Shown: positions 24,501 through 31,935, numbered from the stretch's first letter. The stretch is 32,000 nt of DNA from Clostridia bacterium (GCA_026415435.1 JAOAHC010000001.1:36273-68272); one strand, 5' to 3'. Notes: generated by a model from the sequence alone, not told the origin. Numbers and translations: made by a program.

Positions 24501-24873
24501 TTTATCTGATAATCTTGTTAGTCTAAAAAACTATACAAAAGATAATTCAGATATAGAGAAAGAAGTAATAAAGAGTCTTAGAATGAAGGGAATCTTCTTA
24601 AAAGATGCTGAAGTAATAAATAAGATGGATAATAAGGTTACAACTGATGAAAGACTAATCGATGTATCCATTAGAACTATAAACTCTGATAGTAGCAAAA
24701 AGGTATTAGAAGAACAAGAATTTAAAAAATTATGCAATGATATAAATAATATTTTAAAGCAAATAGGTAATGAGATTTTATCTGGTAAAGTAAAAATAGA
24801 ACCACTAAAGAAAAAAGAAGTATGTAAATATTGTAATTATTCCAGTATTTGTCGTAAGGATATATGCATTTAA
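21514..24873 (+). CDS. addB: helicase-exonuclease AddAB, subunit AddB (RexB)
   Basis: 1119 aa. N-terminal Walker A (GVGKSGKS), an LFVPSQ segment, a C-terminal PD-(D/E)XK nuclease region, and the Fe-S Cys set (KCPFSYY ... CKYCNYSSIC). Confidence 0.85.
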   Translation: MNLNIVLGVGKSGKSKYIYDEIDEKIKMNKSAVLFVPSQLRMLAEENYMRLQKKEGIIGFDITTLSEFVSDYLNLYKLTSNDNYISKLDRKLILTKLITENPNIFNIFSKVKNSSGFIDMLDIYMDIFKKEDIDIEKLSDIILKDKILEYKLKEIIEVYKKYTEVTNEKYVDSVDETTLFLKEISKSTSNLNKDLAIFFDGYNNFSQSELKVIDTFLRLGIDVTISINTNITPEDNINEQIALGGIFSTSNLTYLKLTILGKKNGANINIKTLYDNYLDTSKDIKHIAKNIFVNEMLPKVLATNIEINLTSNMYTEIESIVKIIDKKVKEGYRYNDFVIYTSNVEDYSHIIRKIMYKYNQPVYINEKYSMDTNILVVYIKKMIGIVSTGFDNEMIFELLKTGLTDIPYEDICYIENYVLEFNVNKYSWNKEFNLNNSKKDLVIYDVEKINLIRKQILNVFGELINIGNKKISVKSLIQKIYDNLINNNILLNYEKHINDMLASADPELIYLSQIYEQVWEKLCEVFDSIIKIYEETNITVKMFRDIFEYSSKCVELKSVPPTLDNISVLDINSNKCEPKKYMFLVSVNENKLPLKVDEDVFFSDLELSKLDSQNIIFKQNSISKINMELYNIYEAFNNVTEKLYLFIPVSDLMGKSLRKSSIIENITQLVDVEINGNITSTDEIDMDFNEISTVNDAFMYMSRETIKLEEHDNFKNENTLEKASKILAVYKYLNSNLDNKTKEYVDILKYYKNDGNLNINTIGKLYGNDLKTSVSKLELFKKCPFSYYMNYGLNLKPRKIYSISSMDIGSFMHSVIEQFSLYLFQNSVKWHELLITNDNTTKHLKVLDNIIIDELDVSFKNHKDSIKYNIIMRKLKNTLNKVVLTIAKSFNQSEFEPYGYEIEFREGKLFAPIIIKLDDSKSMQLVGKIDRIDTLKIEDKLYTRIVDYKSSSKDLSLDDIKEGISLQLVTYLDAFMQNIEKKENVEVIPAGMLYFNLSDNLVSLKNYTKDNSDIEKEVIKSLRMKGIFLKDAEVINKMDNKVTTDERLIDVSIRTINSDSSKKVLEEQEFKKLCNDINNILKQIGNEILSGKVKIEPLKKKEVCKYCNYSSICRKDICI

Positions 24874-24885
24874 TTGACATATATC

Positions 24886-24913
24886 TTGAAAAAATAAAAA
24901 AATATGGTATAAT
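24886..24913 (+). promoter_or_regulatory. promoter of cassette 1 (extended -10)
   Basis: TTGAAA (24886-24891), 16-nt spacer, TGgTATAAT (24905-24913). It begins 13 nt after the addB stop. Confidence 0.55.
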
Positions 24914-24974
24914 TATATTATGTTGTATTAAGTGGTTATATAATTGAAATAACTAATGAAGGAGATTTATTGTT

Positions 24975-25421
24975 ATGAGTAATACTAGTGTGATTGATTC
25001 AAGTTGTCTTGCACTTAATGCTTTTGACAGCAAGGAGTTTCGTAAAAGATGTGACAAAGTATATTCAGATAGGTTCAGTGCAATGTGCCCATATATAACA
25101 ATAGGAGTTCTATTAGATTTAACTAAGTATATTACTAAAATACTTAGAAATGGTGATCTTTTTGGGAAAATTACCTCTAAAGAATTAATTGACATTAGCA
25201 ATAAATTTCCAAATAGTTTTATATATGACGAAATAGGTGGTATACTTATTGCAAACCCAAAAAATAAAATTGAACCAGAAAACAAATGGATAGAGTATTT
25301 GGAGTTAGATAAAAATAAAAGTCAAGCGCAAAAGATATTTAAGCTATTATTAGAAAAGTATTTTTCAGAATACGATTTCGACGCAATGAGGAGCGATTTA
25401 AGAAGTAGAGTTATTATATAA
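24975..25421 (+). CDS. hypothetical protein (148 aa)
   Basis: AAGGAG RBS (24959-24964). No motif assigned. The 3' end, including the stop codon, lies inside a 15-bp-arm hairpin. Confidence 0.6.
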   Translation: MSNTSVIDSSCLALNAFDSKEFRKRCDKVYSDRFSAMCPYITIGVLLDLTKYITKILRNGDLFGKITSKELIDISNKFPNSFIYDEIGGILIANPKNKIEPENKWIEYLELDKNKSQAQKIFKLLLEKYFSEYDFDAMRSDLRSRVII

Positions 25422-25432
25422 CTCTACTTCTT
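25400..25432 (+). terminator. palindromic hairpin (terminator-like), member 1 of a 3-copy family
   Basis: AAGAAGTAGAGTTAT-tat-ATAACTCTACTTCTT with perfect 15-nt arms. The U-tract is weak (TTATTGT). Confidence 0.55.
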
Positions 25433-25480
25433 ATTGTAATATGCTAATAATAAAATTATTGATAAATAAGTTAATAAATG

Positions 25481-25509
25481 TTGGAGAACAAATTAAAGTA
25501 TGGTATAAT
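25481..25509 (+). promoter_or_regulatory. promoter of cassette 2 (extended -10)
   Basis: TTGGAG (25481-25486), 17-nt spacer, TGgTATAAT (25501-25509). The -10 region, TATGGTATAAT, is identical to that of cassette 1. Confidence 0.6.
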
Positions 25510-25528
25510 ATTTATGTAAGTATAGCTA

Positions 25529-25580
25529 CTCTTCGAAAAAATAATTTATTCGGAGGGTTGCCTCCGAAAATTTAAGGAGG
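25529..25580 (+). promoter_or_regulatory. leader with alternative pairings that can sequester the Shine-Dalgarno sequence
   Basis: Four segments: (1) CTCTTCGAA 25529-25537, (2) TTCGGAGGG 25549-25557, (3) CCTCCGA 25561-25567, (4) SD AAGGAGG 25574-25580. The 2:3 pairing is a perfect 7-bp hairpin with a GTTG loop. The 1:2 pairing (9 bp, 2 wobbles) and the 3:4 pairing (CCTCC:GGAGG) are alternatives. Confidence 0.4.
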
Positions 25581-25585
25581 AAAAA

Positions 25586-26182
25586 ATGTTAAAGCAATTA
25601 TTTGAAAAATTATTTGGCAAAAAAAAAGAGTTCAATCCATATGGAAATAGTCTTCAATATTTTCAAACTTTCACTTATACTCAGTATCCGACAGTAAATG
25701 ATCACATTCCAGACTATGTAAGTAGTAAAGCTCAAGATTTGTTTGATATTCTACATAATTTATCAAAGAAAGATAGAGCTAATGAAATTAGTTGGTATGT
25801 GGATAAAATAGCGGAAATGGCATGGCATATGTCTGGATATATTAAAGATAAGGAGCTAAGTTCTGGAAAAGAGGCATTGTTAGAATATATATTTATGGAA
25901 TTCGAGTATTTTGCAAGTGGTTGCGGCCAACTTATATCATTAAAGGGAGATAAGAAAGAAGAACAAAAAGAAATTCTATTTTATAAAATACTTTCTGTTA
26001 ACGAAATTTTAAGAAATTGCATAGGAAGGAATGATCTTAAAAGTCTGTATGTTTTAATAATGCATATAGGTAACTCTCATTATAAAGAGTATGTTATTGA
26101 ATGTATTTTTAAAATTATGTCTGTTGAAAAAACAGATGAAGAAAGGCTTCTTGAACTTATGAATTCTTTAAAACTAAGTTAA
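25586..26182 (+). CDS. hypothetical protein (198 aa)
   Basis: Strong AAGGAGG RBS. No motif assigned. A decayed paralog lies immediately downstream. Confidence 0.65.
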   Translation: MLKQLFEKLFGKKKEFNPYGNSLQYFQTFTYTQYPTVNDHIPDYVSSKAQDLFDILHNLSKKDRANEISWYVDKIAEMAWHMSGYIKDKELSSGKEALLEYIFMEFEYFASGCGQLISLKGDKKEEQKEILFYKILSVNEILRNCIGRNDLKSLYVLIMHIGNSHYKEYVIECIFKIMSVEKTDEERLLELMNSLKLS

Positions 26183-26209
26183 AATTCAAAAGTGTAGTAT
26201 TAATTTTTC

Positions 26210-26238
26210 AGGTAGAGTTATTATAACTCTACCTTTTC
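26210..26238 (+). terminator. palindromic terminator, member 2 of the family
   Basis: AGGTAGAGTTAT-t-ATAACTCTACCT with perfect 12-nt arms, followed by TTTTCTATT. Confidence 0.7.
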
Positions 26239-26333
26239 TATTCATGTTTAAATAAGTAATATGAAATACTGTCTTTGACTAGTTAACATAAATATAGAAA
26301 AACTAATTGAAGTATTATATAATATAACATAAC

Positions 26334-26665
26334 TATATTAGCTCTTAGAAAAAAATAATTAATTCTGAGGTTACATCGGAAAATTTAAGTAGGAAAATGT
26401 ATCATAAAAGAATTAATTAAAAGCATATTTGGTAAAAAGAAAAAAACAGGCTTTGATTCATATACTTGCAGTTTGATGTGTTTTCAAATGTTTGTACTTA
26501 ATAATTTTTTATATTATCAAATCACATTGTGAAAATGGAATTGTTGATAGTATTAAAAAGTGGTGGAAATTAAAAAACAGATGAAGAGAAATGGTTGAAA
26601 TAAGGAAAATTTTAAATGTCAACTAGAATGAATACATTTAGTAGAGTTAATAACTCTACTTTTTT
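26334..26665 (+). pseudogene. decayed, internally deleted paralog of cassette 2 (leader, 5' and 3' gene remnants, terminator)
   Basis: The leader aligns with 25521-25585 but has a mutated SD (AAGTAGG) and a disrupted anti-SD. The frame 26401-26532 reads IIKELIKSIFGKKKKTGFDSYTCSLMCFQMF..., compared with MLKQLFEKLFGKKKEFNPYGNSLQYFQTF in the intact gene, and has no in-frame start. The 3' remnant AAAAAACAGATGAAGAGAAATGG matches AAAAAACAGATGAAGAAAGGC in the intact gene. It ends in hairpin AGTAGAGTTA-a-TAACTCTACT plus T5 (26640-26665). Confidence 0.7.
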
Positions 26666-26773
26666 ATGTGTAATTTATTTTTAAATATTTGATATATATT
26701 TTCTATAAATCCAAGCAAAATCAACACTTTATAATTTTTTGTAACAATTTTGTAAAAAAACTTATATAAATAC

Positions 26774-26801
26774 TTGAAATTATACAAAAAAACTGTATAA
26801 T
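26774..26801 (+). promoter_or_regulatory. promoter (extended -10) for the 26833 gene
   Basis: TTGAAA (26774-26779), 16-nt spacer, TGTATAAT (26794-26801). This places the transcription start at or after the ORF-track ATG at 26806. Confidence 0.55.
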
Positions 26802-26832
26802 ATAGATGTATAATTATAGGAGGAAAAAAGCA

Positions 26833-27996
26833 ATGTCAGATATAGTTTTGAGTTCTAAAAGAAAAATAAATCTTTTTGATAGAGTAATACAAAGCGTAGT
26901 AATAATGGTTAATATGAATAAAATGAATAGAGCAATAGATGAACATTTAGAAGTAATTCGCAGATGTGAAAAAGATGAACAAAAAGCTGCTCAAGAAAAT
27001 ATTTTGCGTGAGATAGTTTTTGTAAAATATCAATATGATATAATGCAAAGACAAATGTACGAACTAAGACTTTCATATCCTGATGAAATACTTGATAATA
27101 TAAATACAACTGATAAAACAGAAAGATTAAAGTTACAAAAAGCTTTTCTTGAAATGGAATATGATAGAATTACAAAAACTAGATTCAAATCAAGAGAAGA
27201 ACTAAAATATAGCTTAATTATAATCTCATCTGTTATAAGTATTATAAAGCAAAATATAAAGGATGAAGGTAAATCCCAAAGATATAATAAAGTTATAAAA
27301 GTATCTGAAAATATAGATTCTAAAATTCAAACAGGCGAATATACAGAAGCTATGTATAAAGAATTATTTGAAGATATAAACGAATATGTTGATTATATAA
27401 ATGATAATTATGATATATCTAAGCTTCCGACTGATGAAAGACAACTTATAGAGTTTGTAATTGAAACTATGATAAAAGGTATAGAGTCTGATATAGATAA
27501 GCACATGTATGAATATAACCTTATTATTAACATTTGTAGCAGTTCATATAGATATTTTAAAATAGTAGATAAAATATTTGAAAAATTACAAAATATATAT
27601 GATGAAAGTATAGAGAAAGAAATAATAAATCTAAAAGATTACAGAAAAATGTATAAAGAAATCTATGATAGCAAAATAAAAACTATGGTAAATGATGTTC
27701 ATAGAACAATAAAAACAGAAGATGAATATTTAGAATATTCTAAATTATTAGCTAATTCAGAATATGAAGAGCTAGATAAATTTCTGACTGAAAGAGCATA
27801 CTATTCTACAAAGTCTGAATATGTAAAAAAACTTTTAGCTAGTGAGTTAAAAATAGAAGAAGAACCTGCTACAGAAGTTATTGAAGAGGTTAACGAGGTA
27901 GCTCAAGAGGTTGAAGAAGTTAAGGTTAAAAAGCCTAGAAGAGGTAAAGCTTTAAAAAAACCAGAAGTAATTCGTAAGTATAAAGCAGAAGCTTAA
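26833..27996 (+). CDS. hypothetical Glu/Lys-rich, probably coiled-coil protein with an acidic stretch and a basic C-terminal tail (387 aa)
   Basis: I chose the start at MSDIVLSS (26833) because TAGGAGG lies at 26816-26822 and the predicted promoter excludes 26806. The C-terminus reads EEEPATEVIEEVNEVAQEVEEVKVKKPRRGKALKKPEVIRKYKAEA. Confidence 0.6.
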   Translation: MSDIVLSSKRKINLFDRVIQSVVIMVNMNKMNRAIDEHLEVIRRCEKDEQKAAQENILREIVFVKYQYDIMQRQMYELRLSYPDEILDNINTTDKTERLKLQKAFLEMEYDRITKTRFKSREELKYSLIIISSVISIIKQNIKDEGKSQRYNKVIKVSENIDSKIQTGEYTEAMYKELFEDINEYVDYINDNYDISKLPTDERQLIEFVIETMIKGIESDIDKHMYEYNLIINICSSSYRYFKIVDKIFEKLQNIYDESIEKEIINLKDYRKMYKEIYDSKIKTMVNDVHRTIKTEDEYLEYSKLLANSEYEELDKFLTERAYYSTKSEYVKKLLASELKIEEEPATEVIEEVNEVAQEVEEVKVKKPRRGKALKKPEVIRKYKAEA

Positions 27997-28088
27997 AAAA
28001 TTTTTGAAAAAATGTACATGTTCATAAATTTTGACAAAAAAAGTAGTAGAGGTTATTGTAATATATGTAGCAACAAGAGGTGTAAAAA

Positions 28089-30446
28089 ATGGTATTCAAT
28101 AAATATTTCGAAAATGTATTAAGTGATAAGATATTCTCAAAGTTTGATATTTTAAAAAAGATATTAAATAAAAAAAATACATTATTTATGTTAGTAACAT
28201 TTTTATTATCAATGCAGACATTTGTAGGTAGCACTACATTTGTTTTTGCATATTCAATATTAGGTGTTGCAAGTGTATTTAATGTACCACTTATATTAAT
28301 ATTGATATCAAGTGTAATTGGAATGCTAATTGCAAAAATTTCAATTGTGCTAATATTAAAATTATTTGTATGTTTTATAGTGTTTACTTTATTTTCAGCA
28401 CTTATAAATATAGAGGGAATAAGTAAAAGATATGTTGTATTAATCAAATTAATTATCTCAGTTATAATTACAGAAACACTAATACTTGTATTTGGAAGCA
28501 TATCAAATTATAGTATATTTAATAGTATTTATAGCATAATTTTAGTACCTTCATTTTATTTGGTATTTTTAACTGGAATGTATGTTATTTTAAACTATAA
28601 TAAGGGATTTATTTATTCAAAAGAAGAAACATTGGCAATGTTTGCAATAGTAATTGTTAGTATTAGTTTTTTGAAAAATTTTGAATTTATAAATTTCTCA
28701 GTATTTTACGCTATAAGCATATTTTTAATGCTGATTTATGGTTGGAAGAATGGTGCTGTAGCTGGATGTGCCTCGGGACTTATTATAGGATTACTAATGG
28801 CAAACACTTCAAACTTAAGTGTAATATACATTAGTGGAATTACCTTTGCAGGTTTTGTGGCAGGCCTTTTAAATAAATTTGGTAAAGTAGGAGTAGCAAT
28901 AGGGTTTATATTTGGAAATGTTTTAATAAATTATCTAATAAATAATTCGTTTGGTACAGCTGTACCAATAGCCGAAATGGCACTTTCTCTTACCTTATTT
29001 TTATTAATATCTAAAAAAATTGAATTGAAATTGGACAAGATATTTTCAAATAATTTACTTAATTCACCTTATGTGAATGTATTAGATTATGGTAGTGATA
29101 TTAAAAATAGACTTGGGGCAGTATCAGAGGTATTTGAAGAACTGGGTGATTTATCAAGGCCGATAGTAAAAGAAGATTTAATAGAAACAAGTGAAGTTAT
29201 TAAAAGGTATTTAAATCAACTTATTGATAAGCTTAAAATAGAAAGTATTTCTAACTTTAATATTCCTAGTGAAAAAGAAGTTAATGATTTAGTAGAGTAT
29301 TTAGCATCCTGTTTAGAAAGTAATAAGAAAATAGATGAAGAAAAACTTGGTTTTTTAAATAGTAATTCTAGTCAAATAGTTAAAAATATTGAAGAAGTAT
29401 ATAATAGCATGAAATTAGTTAGAATTATTAAGCAAAATCAAATAGATAATAGTTCTAGATTATCTAATCAGTATAAAGAAGTGTCAAAAATAATATCAAA
29501 AGTAGCAAATAATATAAACATAGTTAATACTTCAAAGAACAAATATCAAATACAACTTAGAAATGAATTAAAGATGTATGGATATATTGTTTATGAGGAT
29601 AGTTATAGTGATGATAATGGAGTTATAGAATATACATTTGTAACTGATATACTTTCAAATATTGATAAGCAAAAAAAAGACATAATATCAATTACATCTC
29701 AAATATTAGAACAAAATATGATAGTAAAACTGATATTAAATAGTAGTAAAACTGAAAAATCCAAAATTAGACTAATTTCAAAACCAAAATTCGAAGTTCA
29801 AACTAGTGTAGCTAGTTACAAAAAAGATTCGGAAGAGGTTTGTGGAGATTCGTATTTATGTATGGAACTACCAGATTTGAAACAATTTAATGCTATAAGT
29901 GATGGTACAGGAAGTGGATCGATTGCTTCGAAAAGTAGTAAAACTATAATTAATATGCTTGAAAAATTACTTATTAGTGGTTTTGATCAAACTAAATCAA
30001 TAGAACTTATAAATAATATAATAAAATTAAAAAGTGATGCTGAAAATATTTCTACACTAGATACGGCTATAATAAATTTAAAAACAGGTGATACTGAATT
30101 TATAAAATTTGGAGCAGCACCTACGTATATATTAGAAGATAACAAGTTATCAGTTATATGTCCGTTTAGTGTACCAATAGGTCTTGTGGATGAAAATGAC
30201 TATATTCCTATAATAAAAAAATTAAAAAGTAACGCTATAATTGTTCAAATAAGTGATGGTGTTGTAAACGATAATATGGATATAAATGATAATTATTTTA
30301 CAAGATATTTAAAACAAATAAATATTAATAAAAGTACAAATCTTATACTAGATGACTTATATTCAGCTGTACAAAAACAAAATGAGAATAAACTTAAAGA
30401 TGATGTTACTATAATTGTTACAAAATTAAAGGAGAATTTTGTATAA
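28089..30446 (+). CDS. spoIIE: stage II sporulation protein E (PP2C-type phosphatase with polytopic N-terminal membrane domain)
   Basis: 785 aa. About 10 N-terminal TM helices, a central regulatory region and a C-terminal PP2C motif (CGDSYLCMEL...AISDGTGSGSIASKSS). AGAGGTG RBS. Confidence 0.85.
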   Translation: MVFNKYFENVLSDKIFSKFDILKKILNKKNTLFMLVTFLLSMQTFVGSTTFVFAYSILGVASVFNVPLILILISSVIGMLIAKISIVLILKLFVCFIVFTLFSALINIEGISKRYVVLIKLIISVIITETLILVFGSISNYSIFNSIYSIILVPSFYLVFLTGMYVILNYNKGFIYSKEETLAMFAIVIVSISFLKNFEFINFSVFYAISIFLMLIYGWKNGAVAGCASGLIIGLLMANTSNLSVIYISGITFAGFVAGLLNKFGKVGVAIGFIFGNVLINYLINNSFGTAVPIAEMALSLTLFLLISKKIELKLDKIFSNNLLNSPYVNVLDYGSDIKNRLGAVSEVFEELGDLSRPIVKEDLIETSEVIKRYLNQLIDKLKIESISNFNIPSEKEVNDLVEYLASCLESNKKIDEEKLGFLNSNSSQIVKNIEEVYNSMKLVRIIKQNQIDNSSRLSNQYKEVSKIISKVANNINIVNTSKNKYQIQLRNELKMYGYIVYEDSYSDDNGVIEYTFVTDILSNIDKQKKDIISITSQILEQNMIVKLILNSSKTEKSKIRLISKPKFEVQTSVASYKKDSEEVCGDSYLCMELPDLKQFNAISDGTGSGSIASKSSKTIINMLEKLLISGFDQTKSIELINNIIKLKSDAENISTLDTAIINLKTGDTEFIKFGAAPTYILEDNKLSVICPFSVPIGLVDENDYIPIIKKLKSNAIIVQISDGVVNDNMDINDNYFTRYLKQININKSTNLILDDLYSAVQKQNENKLKDDVTIIVTKLKENFV

Positions 30447-30473
30447 GCTTAAGTAAAAAAAGAATAAAATTTT

Positions 30474-30513
30474 GTAGAGATACTATATTTTAAATATGGT
30501 TCTCTACTTTTTT
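30474..30513 (+). terminator. probable terminator after spoIIE
   Basis: 7-bp stem GTAGAGA (30474-30480) / TCTCTAC (30501-30507) with a large loop, followed by T6. Confidence 0.45.
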
Positions 30514-30552
30514 GTTTATTATTCTAAGTTCAATTATGTATAAAGGTGTATT

Positions 30553-31839
30553 ATGGAAAATATTATATTTAAAATAGAAGCTCTAATTTGGGGCTTACCT
30601 CTTATAGCATTACTTATGATTACACATATATATTTTACAATTAAGCTTAAATTTCCACAAAAAAACCTACCAAAAGGTATTAAAAATATGCTTATATCCG
30701 ATAAGAAAAATAGTGCTGAGGGAATTAGCTCTTTTAAATCGCTTATGACAATACTTGCAGGTACACTTGGAACTGGCAATATAATTGGAGTAAGTACTGC
30801 CGTTATAATAGGGGGACCTGGTAGCATTTTTTGGATATGTATATCAGGTTTATTTGCTGTTTCAACTAAATATGCAGAAACATATATTGCTTTAAAGTAT
30901 AGGAAAAGAACTAAAAAAGGATACGTAGGGGGTGCAATGTATATATTAAAAGACAGACTAGGTAATACTAAGTTGGCAAGTTTTTTTGCAATATCAGTTA
31001 TACTTGCAACATTCGGTATGGGATCAATGATACAATCAAATGCAATATCTTCTTCAATATATAATACATTTGATATTAATATAAATCTAGTAGCAATTTG
31101 TGTTACTATTATTTGCGCATATACTGTATTTGGAAACGAAAGAAAAATATCAAATATAAGTACTGCTATTATACCTATAACAACAGTAGTATATGTTATT
31201 ATGTGTGTAGGTCTAGCATATATTTTTAGATCAAACATATTAAATGCTATTTCACTTATAATTACAGAAGCGTTTAAATTTACATCAGTTTCAGGAGGTG
31301 TATTAGGTAGTATAGCTATAATAGCTATGAAAGAAGGGCTTTCGAAAGGACTATTTTCAAATGAAGCTGGTCTTGGAAGTTCACCGCTGTTTGACATTAC
31401 GGTTAAGGAAAATAATATAAAAAAGCAATCCATAATATCATCTACTAGTGTATTTATAGATACAGTACTATTATGTACATTTACCGGAATATTAGTTGTA
31501 GCAAGTGGAGTATATGATATTACTAATAATCCTGTCATACTAGTAAGTGAAATATTTAGTAGAATTCCTTACGGCAATCTAATGCTTACTTTCTCAATTA
31601 CAGCGTTTGCACTTGCAACTATACCTTGTTGGTCATATTATGGGGCATCAGGTGTAAAGTATTTATTTAAATCAAAAATATCATACGAAATAACATATAA
31701 ATTATTGTATGTAACATGCATTTTTATTGGCTGCATATCAACTGTTGGAAGTGTTTGGAGCTTATCTAATATTGCTAATGCCCTAATGGCTATACCTAAC
31801 ATATATATGATGTTTTGTTTAAGAAAGGAAATAGTTTAG
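30553..31839 (+). CDS. alanine/glycine:cation (sodium) symporter family (AGCS) transporter
   Basis: SSFKSLMTILAGTLGTGNIIGVSTAVIIGGPGSIFWICISGLF matches the AGCS signature region. Polytopic. AAAGGTG RBS. Confidence 0.8.
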   Translation: MENIIFKIEALIWGLPLIALLMITHIYFTIKLKFPQKNLPKGIKNMLISDKKNSAEGISSFKSLMTILAGTLGTGNIIGVSTAVIIGGPGSIFWICISGLFAVSTKYAETYIALKYRKRTKKGYVGGAMYILKDRLGNTKLASFFAISVILATFGMGSMIQSNAISSSIYNTFDININLVAICVTIICAYTVFGNERKISNISTAIIPITTVVYVIMCVGLAYIFRSNILNAISLIITEAFKFTSVSGGVLGSIAIIAMKEGLSKGLFSNEAGLGSSPLFDITVKENNIKKQSIISSTSVFIDTVLLCTFTGILVVASGVYDITNNPVILVSEIFSRIPYGNLMLTFSITAFALATIPCWSYYGASGVKYLFKSKISYEITYKLLYVTCIFIGCISTVGSVWSLSNIANALMAIPNIYMMFCLRKEIV

Positions 31840-31935
31840 GAATAGATCTATATATGCTAAATTTTAACGCAAAATATAGACTTTGTTCAGATATTTTAGT
31901 ATAATATAGCTATAATAAAAAAGTAGGTGAGACTT

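Noticed and set aside
25516-25560. Resemblance of the cassette-2 leader (TATAGCTACTCTTCGAAAAAATAA) to the preQ1-I riboswitch loop UAGCUAC plus A-rich tail
   Set aside because: No P1 helix can be drawn around the TAGCTAC segment (at most 3 bp). The 3' CUAAGG pseudoknot partner is not in register. The downstream gene is not a queuosine gene. Treated as coincidence.
31843-31860. Short AT-rich palindromes such as ATAGATCTAT (31846-31855), CATATAATTTATATG (~5514-5528) and AAAAATTTTT (~27996-28006)
   Set aside because: They are too short and too AT-rich to separate from background, and they lack the stem length and T-tract needed to call terminators or operators.
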